Shown piece by piece: positions 1 to 11,383 of a DNA stretch of 64,000 nt. The position numbers and the translations under genes are program-made. The notes below the pieces were generated by a model. It was given only the letters and a program-made list of their open reading frames with translations. It searched no databases and was not told the DNA's origin. The stretch lies in contig NC_083227.1 in assembly GCF_032191835.1 (NCBI RefSeq), positions 126,170,001 through 126,234,000 of the forward strand, given 5' to 3'. The DNA is from Heteronotia binoei (lineage: Eukaryota). Numbering within the stretch: position 1 is the stretch's first letter; every line of letters starts with the position of its first letter.

Positions 1-360
1 AGAAAAGCTCTACCATCTAAGTTGTTCTCCCTTTGTGTTTCTATGTTTGAAGAAGCTGGTTGAAATACAGCAGATTGTTACATTCATCAGCTCCCAGTGA
101 GTAAATTACCTCGGTGAGATCACACAAAAGTATGGGCTTGTAAACTGTTTATTTTGGCTGCTTTTTGAGCGTGTGTGTGACCCTTTAAACAGTCATGCTT
201 GGAACTGCTTCCAGAGCCTAACAAGGGGACTTGTGGGGGGTTGGGGTATGACAAATTCCATTTTCGTTTAGTGGAAGTGCAGCTGTCAGGGTAGGCAGAA
301 AAAGAGGATGAGGAAATGAAGATTGTATTCAGGGGAACTACACTGTTGTATATTTATTTA

Positions 361-458
361 TTTAGAGAATGGGAAAGTCTCCTGGCTCCACCCCCAAAAT
401 CTTCTGGCTCCTCCCCCAAAGTCCTCAGATATTTCCTGAGTTGGACCTGGCAACCCTA
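361..458. mobile_element. hAT-type MITE end fragment
   Basis: Reverse-complement similarity to the left end of the 1141-1648 element, ending GGCAACCCTA. Confidence 0.6.
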
Positions 459-549
459 GTATAAATCCTAAACTAACTAATAGTTGGGATCTGCTAAAAT
501 GGTGTTTCAATAATCCATACTGATCTCCTTCTTCTTGGTTTTTTGAAAG

Positions 550-659
550 TAATCCAGATGACCCCCACAAATATCTCCAAGACATTGATTGCCAGCTTTG
601 TGGGAACAACGATTTTTCTTCTTCTCTGTATCATCACCTTATTCTACAAATGCACAAAG
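550..659 (+). CDS. CSF1R: CSF1R exon 10 (transmembrane helix)
   Basis: Pyrimidine tract + AAG acceptor (547-549), donor AAG|gtaaga. Encodes IQMTPTNISKTLIASFVGTTIFLLLCIITLFYKCTK, a hydrophobic stretch ending like human LYKYKQ, in phase with the next exon. The acceptor is less certain than the donor. Confidence 0.75.
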
Positions 660-1140
660 GTAAGATTCATCCTGTCTGTGTAGAAAAGTAGCCAAAGAAT
701 AATTTAAGTTCAGAGACTGAAAAAAGCTCTGAAACTCTACTACTGTTAACCTTGATTTCTATAACAGTTCTCCATCCATATATGCTAGTATATCAATCCT
801 TCTCATTCCTCTCAAATCCAACTGTTCCTGTCTCAATCCAAGTAATTCTGTTTTAATGTGATTCTTCATCTATGCATAAGTAAATCTTCATTTTTAACTG
901 CCAACCAGGAAAAAAACCTTCAATGAGACTTAGGAAATACCAAATAAATACCGATAAGGCATTTTTTTTAGGCTTGGGAAAGCCAAATGCACACCCATAA
1001 TAACAACACACTGACAGTCCCAAGACCTGACCTAAACTTGAGCTACAGCCTTCTCTGTGATAGCTCTGGCTCTATGGAATATGCTTCTAATCGAGACCTG
1101 AGCCCTGCAGGACTTCGCTCAGTTCCACAGGGCCTGAGAA

Positions 1141-1648
1141 TAGGGTTGCCAAGTCCAATTCAAGAAATATCTGGGGACTTTGGGAGTGGAGCCAGGAGAC
1201 ATTAGGGGTGGAGCCAAGATCAAGGCTGTGACAAGCATAATTGAACTCCCAAGGGAGTTCTGGCCATCACATTTAAAGGGACAGCACACCTTTTCAATTC
1301 CTTCCTTCCATAGGAAATAATGAAGCATAGGGGCACCTTCTTTTGAGGCTCATAGAATTGGACCCCCTGGTCCAATCTTTTTGAAACTTAGGGGGTATTT
1401 TGGGGAGAGGCACTAGATGCTATACTGAAAATTTGGTGCCTCTGCCCCAAAGAACAGCCCCCCCAGAGCCCCAGATACACGTAGATCAATTCTCCATGAT
1501 TTTCTATGGGAATAAATCTCCATAGGGAATAATAGAGTTCCCAGCAGACATTTCCCTCCCCTCCCCCCGCTTTCTGACGACCCTGAAGCAGGGGGAGGGC
1601 TTCCAAACCAGGGGATCCCCTGCCCCCACCTGGGGATTGGCAACCCTA
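1141..1648. mobile_element. Non-autonomous hAT-type DNA transposon (MITE), 508 bp
   Basis: Perfect 12-bp TIR TAGGGTTGCCAA...TTGGCAACCCTA and perfect 8-bp TSD CCTGAGAA (1133-1140, 1649-1656). Confidence 0.92.
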
Positions 1649-2638
1649 CCTGAGAAACAGGCATATGGGTGAGACCAGTGAGTTTTATCGAAATACTGCC
1701 TTTGTTTTTCCCTTCCCTTTCTCCCAGGGACATTGGAACAGTGAAATAGTTTTTACACCATCTGGTTAACTGATTCTGATGTGCATGCTTAGTTTTAATT
1801 GTTAAATTGTTTATGTCTATCTATTCATGTTGTAATCTGCTCTGAGCCCCATGTTCATGGGGGACAGTGTAACAACAACAAGTCTACTTTAGTATTCTCA
1901 CTTGAATAGTGCCATTTTAGAATGAGGAGAATTTCCAGTTGAACAGTAGGCTGATTTTGTCCTGCAGAGAAATTAACAGTCAGATTCATGACTTGCAAAG
2001 GAGAGAGAGGGAGTTTAAAATGGTGTGTTGCTGCTGTCATGGCCCTGGAGAGAGTAGGATGCCAAGTGAACAGGCAGTACTGAATCCACACCTACCAGCA
2101 AAAGTATACTGTGGTACTCATAATCCCTAGCATTAATTTGTTAGCTTTTCTGCTCTCCTTGTTTTCAATGTTTTATTTAATGTCAGATTTACTAATAGGC
2201 AGTGTACATAGATGCCTAGGGGCCTTAGGAATTTCACAACCTCTAACCAGATCAGCTTTAAGGCCGCAAATAAGTTTAATTATACAATCTTAGTATCTCT
2301 TGGCTATTCTACACAAAATGCTATACAATTACTATTATCATTATTCTAAAAGTTGTGCAGCACAGGAGAAGACCCTCCTAGGGAATGGGATTTTCAACCC
2401 CAGCTTCAAAATGGCATCAGAATAACTCAGGCTAAACTGAGAAGGAAAAAAATTTGACTGAATCAAGCCAGTCCCCATATCTAATCTCTTTTTTAAAAGC
2501 CCATACACAGATTGCTAAACTGAGCCTCCTTTCTAGGAAGTAGACCATGGGCATTTTAGACTATAAGGGATGGTGATAACTGGTACTAACCTTGTAACAA
2601 CAATCCATGCTTGATTTATGGAATTCTTTTCCTTTCAG

Positions 2639-2765
2639 AAACCAAAGTACGAAGTCCGCTGGAAGATCATTGAGTCCTCTGAAGGAAACAATTACATTTT
2701 TATTGATCCCACCCTGCTCCATTATAATGAGAAATGGGAGTTTCCCAGGAACAACTTGCAGTTTG
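2639..2765 (+). CDS. CSF1R: CSF1R exon 11 (juxtamembrane)
   Basis: tttcag|...|gtgagg, 127 nt, [43 protein letters not shown]; class III RTK juxtamembrane signature. Confidence 0.97.
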
Positions 2766-3522
2766 GTGAGGGGCAATCCTAGCGGGCTTGTCTCTGATCC
2801 TGATGTATGTGATTGTTTACACTGATCATGCTCATTTCCTGATGGTCAAAACTGAAATGACACAATCTTAGAATGCCATGCCTGAGGGTAGCACTCCAGC
2901 CCAAGTCCTATATCCATCTATTTGGGGCTTTTGGCACACAATTTATTCTTGTTGAAACACTTGGAATTTTGTAAAATTAACAAAAAATAAAAACACTTAC
3001 TTTCCCCTTAACTGGCAGCAGAAGATAAATACAACAGAAAGTACAACCATGTTTTATAGGGATAGAAAGGGCTAGCAGCAATGGAAAAATAATATGAAAC
3101 CCTGAAAGAAGCTCTTCTTGTTGGGCTTTTCTGCATTCTGATTTTACTTGCTGTAAATTCTTGTTTCTTAGGGAGGGCGAAGGAGGGGGAGAGGGTCTGT
3201 TCAACATGTATTTTGCTCCCTCTAGTGGTCGACTTGATATCACATCAACTTATTGAATCGACCACTACAGGGAACAAAATATATGCAGAACAGAGTAAAA
3301 AATCCAAAGAAACAGGAGCATCAGTGAGTATAATAAGAATGTGAAAAAGCCCATTCTCTGGGTACCTAATCCAGATTTATTGTGATTAATGATACTTCTA
3401 CCCATTAACTTTCAGCCATGTGTCTACACATACACATCCCTGCATGCACACTCCCTCCACTGAAGTCAAAAGTTACTTTCCTAATATTGTTGTGGTTCTA
3501 AACATCAGATTTACTTACACAG

Positions 3523-3627
3523 GGAAGACGCTTGGAGCCGGAGCTTTTGGAGAGGTGGTTGAAGCCACTGCATTTGGGCTCGGGAAAGAAGATTCAGTCC
3601 TGAAGGTGGCTGTGAAAATGCTGAAAT
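3523..3627 (+). CDS. CSF1R: CSF1R exon 12 (P-loop, VAVK lysine)
   Basis: cacag|...|gtgagt, 105 nt, [34 protein letters not shown]. Confidence 0.97.
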
Positions 3628-3935
3628 GTGAGTGCAAGGTAGCAAAACTGCTATTATAAAGAGTACATATATTTAAAGAATAATCCCTATAAGTAAACAG
3701 GTCCTGTACTATTTCCAAAGGCAGTTTATGCCATCCAAGCATACGATTTCACAAAGTAGCTTATCTTTCAGGCGTCACAGACTTCATTCAGGCCAAGTTC
3801 CACTTGAACAGCAGATGCACTTCTAAAAGGCTTTTAGGTGCATTATAAACCCAACAATCCTCCGTTCAATAGAAAGTGCCAGAATGAATCTGACCAAATA
3901 CCCCTTTCTACATCTTCCCCTACCAAACCTAATTT

Positions 3936-4147
3936 GGGGAGGGACGGTGGCTCAGTGGTAGAGCATCTGCTTGGGAAGCAGAAGGTCCCAGGTTCAATCC
4001 CTGGCATCTCCAAAAAAGGGTCCAGGCAAATAGGTGTGAAAAACCTCAGCTTGAGACCCTGGAGAGCCGCTGCCAGTCTGAGAAGACAATACTGACTTTG
4101 ATGGACCAAGGGTCTGATTCAGTATAAGGCAGCTTCATATGTTCATA
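3936..4147 (+). mobile_element. tRNA-derived SINE (Squam2/Anolis-SINE2 type)
   Basis: A box TGGCTCAGTGG, B box GGTTCAATCCC, body shared with copies at 7206-7397 (-) and 23407-23621 (+). Confidence 0.85.
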
Positions 4148-4610
4148 ATTTTTATGGACTAAATATTTCTGCTTCTCAGAATAGCAAGTAAGTGCATCCA
4201 TAATGCCAGTTATCTGGATCATGACCAGACTTTATAAAATATAAACTATATCAAATTTCTATTGTTCTGTAATTTTTGTCCTTCATATCTGCCTGTATTG
4301 TAGAATTTTCTTAATGTGTGTAGACAGCTTCATTAGCCTTTCAGGATACTTTTGTCCCCTATTGCAGCTGACTCTGATTTGCAATCCACCTTGCTTCCAC
4401 AATTGCATATGACCTGTTCATACCTCTTCTTCATACACATACTCCTAGCCCAGAGGCACTTCATGTATTTCATGGTGGCAAACCTGTCTTTGCCATAGTG
4501 AGCACAACTTAGAACTGTAATGTCTGAAAAAGCGCATAACCCTAGTGCTTGGTATTCAGGCCTGCTTATTAAAACCAACCCCAACATTGGATCAAGAGGG
4601 AAATGGGGTA

Positions 4611-5235
4611 TCTCTCTCTCTCTCTCTCTCGGCTTGACTTCGCGAACGAAGATTTAAGAAAAGTGCACGTCTGCTGCAGGCTCGCTGGTGGCTGACAAGA
4701 CCAATGCGGGACAGGCAGGTCCGGCCACAGTGGCTGCAGGGAAAAGTCTGATTTGGGGTTGGTGCTGTAGCAGTGCGATTCTTCCTCAATCTCCTTTTGT
4801 CCTCAAGACCAGCTATGCGTGCGTTCTCAAAAGAAGAGACAGCCTGGTGGATGGTGTGCCTCCATGCTTTGCGATCTGAGGCTAGGTCAGACCACTGGTG
4901 ATGGTTAATGCAACAGGTACCAAGGGATTTCTTCAAGGAGTCCTTGTACCTCTTCTTTGGTGCCCCTCTATTTCGATGCCCGGTGGAAAGTTCGCCATTC
5001 AGGGCAATCTTGGGAAGGCGGTGGTTTTCCATCCTGGAGATATGCCCTGCCCAGCGCAGCTGCGTCTTCAACAGCAATGCCTCGATGCTTGTAACCTCCG
5101 CCCGCTTGAGGACTTCAGTGTTGCTCACAAAGTCACTCCAGTGGATGTTGAGGATGGTGCGAAGGCAGCGCTGATGAAAGCGCTCAAGGAGTCGCAGGTG
5201 ATGACGGTATAAAACCCACGATTCGGAGCCGTAGA
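4611..5235 (-). mobile_element. 5'-truncated RTE-clade LINE (ORF C-terminus with C2H2-type finger, (GA)n tail)
   Basis: Open frame IYGSESW...QLRWAGHISRMENHRLPK...FPCSHCGRTCLSRIGLVSHQRAC followed by a GA microsatellite tail. Confidence 0.9.
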
Positions 5236-5398
5236 TGCAAGAATTAATGGACACGGAATCTATTGATATATTTTTAAGAACAGAGCTTATTGAATTTCTA
5301 TCATTCTTTCCTTCTACCTCTCCAGTCTTTTCCTTTTCTTTCCTTCACCCTGTCTCTATGTTAGATTTTAGATATACCATTCTTCTTTCTGATTCCAG

Positions 5399-5509
5399 CA
5401 ACAGCACATGCTGATGAGCAGGAAGCCCTCATGTCAGAGCTGAAGATCATGAGCCATTTGGGGCACCATGAGAATATCGTCAACCTGCTGGGTGCATGTA
5501 CCCATGGAG
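5399..5509 (+). CDS. CSF1R: CSF1R exon 13 (alphaC helix)
   Basis: ttccag|...|gtaaca, 111 nt, [36 protein letters not shown]. Confidence 0.97.
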
Positions 5510-5977
5510 GTAACAAGCCGTCATGCTGCCACTACATCCCTGTTGCCCCCATTCAGACTCTTCTGAACTTTTCATTTCTACTTAACCACAGTGAAATAAG
5601 TAACCTCTCCTTCTGCCATAACTCTGATCATAACAATAGCCTACTTATACTGCTTTGGATTTTAAAATGGGGAGGGGGGGTAGGGAAGTAAGGTGAAGTT
5701 GGCAGATTTAGTTTGATCCCATGCAATTCTGTGCCACAAAACTCTTTGCATTGTTGGAGCCCACAAATCATTCTTGTCTAACCAGCTATCATCATTTTGC
5801 TGATAGGAACAAATCAGAATGACTCATGAGATGCGTATTGGAGAAAAACATTGCCAGCAATTTCTAATGGGTCAGAATGTACATACACATAAAGGGCTAC
5901 ATCTGAACACTTAAAAAGCATAAAGAGAATGCATTAAAACCATTCTCTGGCAATGTTTTCTGTATGCTTCTTTCTAG

Positions 5978-6143
5978 GTCCCATCTTTGTCATCACTGAG
6001 TATTGTCCACATGGGGACTTGCTCAATTTCCTGCGAAAAGTAGCTGAGAATCTCATAATCCAGGATTTGACCGTGGACTCCTCTTTTGATAGCACGGTGG
6101 CTGACTATAAGAATATGTACCTTGGGAAGAAATATGTCCGAAG
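5978..6143 (+). CDS. CSF1R: CSF1R exon 14 (hinge, start of kinase insert)
   Basis: ttctag|...|gtaaga, 166 nt, PIFVITEYCPHGDLLNFLRK...ADYKNMYLGKKYVR; keeps the DYKN and KKYVR tyrosines typical of CSF1R. Confidence 0.96.
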
Positions 6144-6745
6144 GTAAGAATTGAAGCCATGTGTCACCAAGGGTAAAGTTCAATGAGATAGAGAGACTTC
6201 ATTCACTTCATATGTTTAGGAATCACATATAATTTGTCACAAAAAAATAAAAATAAGTTCCTCTTCAGTCTGAGCAATCAACAGATCACTCAGTCTACTG
6301 TGTTACATTTTGCTATTATGTTTTACAGTATTTCACTTCAGCATCTCACCCTTAATAAACTGGGACTGAATCCCAGCTATACTAATTGCACCACTTTCGT
6401 CGGCAATAATTTATGAATGTAAATAACGGAAAGCAGTTTCAAACAGTAAATGCCTGTCTTTGTGGATTTGAAATAAATGTGCCTGCAAATCCCTTCCAAA
6501 GAAATATATATAAGGGACAGAAAAACATACAGTGGCAGATCTCTTCACAGCCAGATGCACAGAGGCAAAATCTTACATAACAGGTTGTTATATCAGGCTG
6601 TTTTTTTGCCAGAGACAGCAAAAAAGAAAAGGCAATTTTAAGTAAGAGTTCGCTGTCAAACTCCTGATGTCTGCCTGCCTCACCTGTCCATGAAAAATAT
6701 TGGATGCCTACAAGCTTATCTGAGGCACATGATGTGCTTAGTATA

Positions 6746-7102
6746 TAGGGTTGCCAGATACCTCTTTGTAACTGATGGGGGGACTTACCAGGAGAAAGAG
6801 AAAAGCCCAGGCCACATTGCTGGTATCACACAGGATGTGATGTCATCACGCTGCACTGTTGCTGCAACACTCAGGTGTTTGGGCAAAAACTCTATGGTAA
6901 AATGGCTTCTTCCTTAGAGCTTTTGCCCAAATAGCTGAGCTTTGCCTGGACATCACTGGCATGATTGACATCACTTCCTGTGTGACACTGGAGATGTGGC
7001 CTCTTTCTCCTGTTAAGCCCTCCTGTTGGCCAGGTGATCAGCAGCTGGGGCAGGTCCTGGTGGTGGGGGACCTCCACTTCCACCAGGGATCTGGCAACCC
7101 TG
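6746..7102. mobile_element. Older hAT-type MITE
   Basis: TAGGGTTGCCAG...CTGGCAACCCTG ends; no clear TSD. Confidence 0.65.
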
Positions 7103-7205
7103 TTCTGGAATGCATTCAAACAATAGAGTGTTTGCCAAGAATGGGGTCCAGCAGAGACTGTGAGCTATACTATGCACTTCGAAGACCAGCCAGCACAGCT
7201 CTAGA

Positions 7206-7397
7206 ACATATGAACATATGCAGCTGCCTTATACTGAATCAGACCCTTGGTCCATCAAAGTCAGTATTGTCTTCTCAGACTGGCAGCAGCTCTCCAGGGT
7301 CTCAAGCTGAGGATTTTCACACCTACTTGCCTGGACCCTTTTTGGAGATGCCAGGGATTGAACCTGGGACCTTCTGCTTACCAAATTCCCTCCCCAA
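7206..7397 (-). mobile_element. Squam2-type SINE with deletion in the tRNA head
   Basis: Reverse complement of 3936-4147 over most of its length. Confidence 0.85.
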
Positions 7398-7708
7398 TTT
7401 GGTACACCATAATAGATGTGATTTTAAATGTCATATCCTTGGCCATTAATTTGGCTTTAAAAAACCCAGTTACACACTTAGACATTGCACACTCATTGAA
7501 ACAATTGGAAAGAGGAGAAGAATGATCTGCATTGCAAGAAACTGTAGTATGATTGACTCTGGTCAAGTATCCTCTGAGTTGCATAAATCAAATACTGCTT
7601 TGATTTTCTTTTCTTTTTTTTTTGAAGTATTTTTGCTGTATGGCTTAAAGGCCATAGATACTACATTGTTGTTAACTTTTGCTCTCTGGTTGTTTTTCTT
7701 TCATTCAG

Positions 7709-7794
7709 TGATAGTGGATTTGGAAGTCAATGTATAGGAGACAACTATCTGGAAATGAGACCTGTGGCAACATCAGTCTCCATGCCAGCAAAAG
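7709..7794 (+). CDS. CSF1R: CSF1R exon 15 (kinase insert, YxxM PI3K docking site)
   Basis: cattcag|...|gtaaat, 86 nt, DSGFGSQCIGDNYLEMRPVATSVSMPAK (human [20 protein letters not shown]); phases 2 and 1 fit the neighbours. Confidence 0.95.
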
Positions 7795-7899
7795 GTAAAT
7801 AGTCAAAGGAGGAGGATGCATGCTTTGCACCATTGGTGCTTAATATTCAAAAGGTGGTAGCATAACTTTTAAACTCTGTGGGCTGGGGGAAAGTTGATA

Positions 7900-8450
7900 G
7901 GAGCTGGGGAACTGCCATTTCAGACTGACTGAAAGGGATGATGCAGTAAATTCTGAGTGGAAATGAGCTAGCAATTGAGCATGAGAGCAGAGAATAAATG
8001 ATGGACATTTGAGAAGGGCCAAGGGAGTTAAAATGACGTGTAGGCTACAAAGCCAAGATGTAGGGAGCTGAGATGTTTCATGTTAAAAGGCTACTTAAAT
8101 ATAGTAGCATTTCAGAAACCCGGTGGAAGGAAGAAAATCAAATGGGATGTGGTTATTTCTGGATGATAGGGCAGGGAAAGGCATGTTGTGGGTGGTGTTG
8201 CTCTGCTATCATAGAGGCTATCGAGTCAAATGTAGTAGAAATCATAAGGGGAATATATCCCCTTGAACCACTGTGAGTTACCATAACCTAAGGGTAACTT
8301 AGAAGGGGGGGGGGGGTACTGTCACTTGCCTGATGGAAGCAATGAACAAGAGTGGCAGGAGAATTTCCAAGATGAGCACAAGCTATATGGTGTTGCACTA
8401 GTGTGTAACATCATTTCATTGTGAAACCAGAAGCGAAATCATCACATCTT
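7900..8450 (+). mobile_element. Decayed CR1 ORF2 endonuclease fragment
   Basis: atttcagaaacccggtggaaggaagaaaatcaaatgggatgtggttatt aligns by eye to atttcagaaacttggtagaatgaggagaatcagtgggacacggtgatt in the CR1 near 34.2 kb. Boundaries approximate. Confidence 0.65.
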
Positions 8451-8544
8451 TGTGACACTCTAGGATTCACTCAAACCTCTTTAAACCATAGAGTTTTGTG
8501 TGAATCCTAGATTGATGCACTGTTGTAGTGATAGTTTCATTCAG

Positions 8545-8630
8545 TGATAGTGTATTTGGAAGTCAGTGTATAGGAGACAACTGTCTGAAAATGAGACCTG
8601 TGGCAACACCAGTCTCCATACCAGCAAAAG
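8545..8630 (+). pseudogene. Duplicated, donor-dead copy of CSF1R exon 15 (pseudoexon) inside a 178-bp direct duplication (7699-7876 copied at 8535-8712)
   Basis: Direct comparison: same acceptor tttcattcag, 6 exonic substitutions (G>V, silent, Y>C, E>K, S>P, M>I) and donor GT changed to AT. Confidence 0.92.
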
Positions 8631-10069
8631 ATAAATAGTCAAAGGAGGAGGATGCATGCTTTGCACCATTGGTGCTTAATATTCAAAAGGTGGTAGCATA
8701 ACTTTTAAACTCCTTGGGCTTCCAGTGCAAAACTGGAAGTGGTGTCATGCATTGGTGCAATGCCAAATTGCCTCCTCATTCTTCTCCCATCATCTTATCT
8801 CACAGCAATGGATGAAAGGGGGCACAGGCTGGGTGGTCTTGCTAGAGTGCTGTAGTGTGAGAGCTGCCCCTCCCCACCTGGTGATCTTAAGACAGAGAAA
8901 GAAGTGAGGGAGATGACTAAAGTAAACAAAGATTGTACTGTTTACTGTAATACCACAAAAATTGGTCACTGCTTTGCCCGTGGTTGTTGTTGAAATAATG
9001 CACTCCTGTGGAAGAGCAACATTGGATCCAACTTGCAAGACTGGGACACACAGGACATTCAGGAGCGGACAAGAAAAGAAAGATTATTTCCTTTTCTGTG
9101 AACAGGTTTCATGATACCCTTGTGGTGTCAAATTCAAGTGTTTTAACCAAAATTCCATATTAATGTCCATTATGCTGGACTTTGTTTACTATTGTGTGCT
9201 GATTAGGGATGGGCATGAACCGGTCCACAAATCTAAATCTGTGACAAAAATTGCCTTGTTCATGCAGTCTTGCCTGTTACAAACCTCTCATGACCCTCCA
9301 CATGGTTTTTGGAGGTTTGGGTGCTGTATGTTGGCAGTATTCATGGCAGACAAGCTGGCGCAGATCAATTATGATTGTTTAGGCAACAGGAGATGGACTT
9401 CTGCAGCCCTGGAAACACCAATAGCAGCCCTCCAAAGCTCAACAGGCAGTGCTGGCTTCCAATAAGAGAGCTCCCATTCTGCTCTATGGGAGCAGAACGA
9501 TATGCAGTAGCTCACATACAGCCAGTTTTTCCTGTTTGCAGCAAGTATGCTGCATGGCAGTTAGAGGCAGAGAGGGAAGGGAATTGGAAGTCATTCTTCA
9601 GTGTGAACAATAGGATCAAGGGTGCTTACTCAGGATTCTCAGGCACCTATCCTTCTGCTCATGCCGAGCAGAGGGGCTTAGCTTCATTGGTGCCTCGAGC
9701 CTGCAGGGGGTCCTTTTGACACACTACTGAACCTGTGGCTGTGATTTCCCCAAACAGCACTTTCCTGGGGTACCTGTTTTGGAGAGCTGTAACTCAGCCC
9801 CCCCCCCCCCCCCCAGTCTAATCCTCACCAAACTTGGAGGGCAGGTAGAGGAGAGTCAGCTGGAGACAAGATGTGAGTTTGGCATATCTAACCCTAGGGG
9901 AAGACTGTTCTACCACATCACTAACCTCACAAAATGAACCAGTTCAGTAAAATGGAAGGTTCATGTGGCCCAAGAAACCTGGTTCGTACCCACCCTAGTG
10001 CTGAGGTTCAATATTATCCTGCTGGGGAGATGCCTTCTGTTGCTCACCATGAATTTTTCTCCAATCAAG

Positions 10070-10185
10070 GACACAGCTCAGATTCAGAAGAGGAAAAGGA
10101 GAACAAACCAGTTCTTGGCCTGCGTGAATTGCTACGGTTCTCCAGCCAGGTGGCTCAGGGAATGTCTTTTCTTGCTTCAAAAAAT
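10070..10185 (+). CDS. CSF1R: CSF1R exon 16 (end of kinase insert)
   Basis: tcaag|...|gtatgt, HSSDSEEEKENKPVLGLRELLRFSSQVAQGMSFLASKN; an alternative in-frame acceptor would start at 10082. Confidence 0.9.
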
Positions 10186-10310
10186 GTATGTCATCCTCCA
10201 AATAACTTCTTATTAGCAAAATGATTGACATTAGGAGCAGAGAGGCAAAGGGAGATATTCTACAAGACTTGAAAAAGAAACAGAGTGTGCGTGTGAGACA
10301 TGCCGCCTCA

Positions 10311-10438
10311 TAGTGTTGCCAATTCCAGGTTGGGAAATTCCTGGAGACTTGGGGATATAGCCTGTGGGGGAGCTTGATTTCTGTAGTCTGGAGATTCAAG
10401 GAGCTCTTCAAACCTCACTTGGAGGTTGGCAACCCTAC
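10311..10438. mobile_element. Short hAT-type MITE
   Basis: TAGTGTTGCCAA...TTGGCAACCCTA; related copies near 11.2-11.3, 32.2-32.4 and 61.35-61.56 kb. Confidence 0.6.
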
Positions 10439-11383
10439 TTCATACAAAAGAGAAGGCTAGACTAAAGCTCTGTGTCCTAGAATCTAGTATTCTGTATGGA
10501 AGATTTCTCCCCCCCCCCTTATAATTACTACACCCAGCTCTGTGAAAGGTATGACATTTGTATAAAAACTAAACCTGAATACTTCAGTTTGTTAACAGGA
10601 AACTGTAATAGATCGAAGAGTATTTGCAGAGATAACTGTTTTATAAACAGCTAATTTCATATCATCTTAAATTTTTGCCAGCATGTTGATTTTTTTTATT
10701 TTTCTAGAGTGAGCTAAAATTGTCTGGGAGCTAGTTCTTCCTTTTGACAAGTGAATGCCACTGAGGAGGTTGGCTGTCTTAATTATTGAGGATGAGCCTC
10801 TCACCTAATGCAGCTAACAGAGGGTTGGGATCAGCATTTAACAGAAGCATATAATGATGATCACTCTCCCCTGCCTTTGGAAAACAATACCCTTCAGCTA
10901 GTGGAAGACACTGAGAAACAGTTTGAAGCTAATTTGGACTTCAACAGGTTTTAGTTTGGATGAAGCAGCTCCTTAGGATTATACGGCAAGACTGGCAGCT
11001 GAACTCTCTTCTTTCGGGTGATATAAAGACACTATGCGAAAGAAACAAAAACCTATTCTATTCTCCCTTGACTTTCTACTGTTCAGAGAAGCGGAAGCAC
11101 ATAACGTATGATTGAGAAACACTTTGAAGTAACATCTTTAAATGAAATGTTAGAATAAGCTGTTTAATGTTGCTCATTAAATATGTATTATCTTATTTTG
11201 AAAAATCCTGTGAGTTGCCAGAGGAACTGATCTCTGAAGTAGTCTGGACTGGAGATCAGCTATAATTCTGAGAAAACTTCAGGCTACAGCTTGAGGTTGG
11301 CAAGCCTAGTCCTGCACACTCAGAAATAGACTTTCCTATGGTTAGACATGGGCAAAGGGAAACAGGAAAGATCTGCAGTCTCT

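Noticed and set aside
53-96. Possible 44-nt exon (tttgaag|...|gtgagt)
   Set aside because: Its translation does not resemble the Ig5 exon expected before the TM exon; splice-like motifs alone are insufficient.
1700-1770. Strong pyrimidine tract + CAG followed by EIVFTP, similar to human EFLFTP
   Set aside because: Wrong phase, early stops in all frames and no TM helix or donor; 550-659 fits the TM exon better.
3936-4010. tRNA-like sequence (also the heads of other SINE copies)
   Set aside because: No complete cloverleaf, and it continues into a repeated SINE body.
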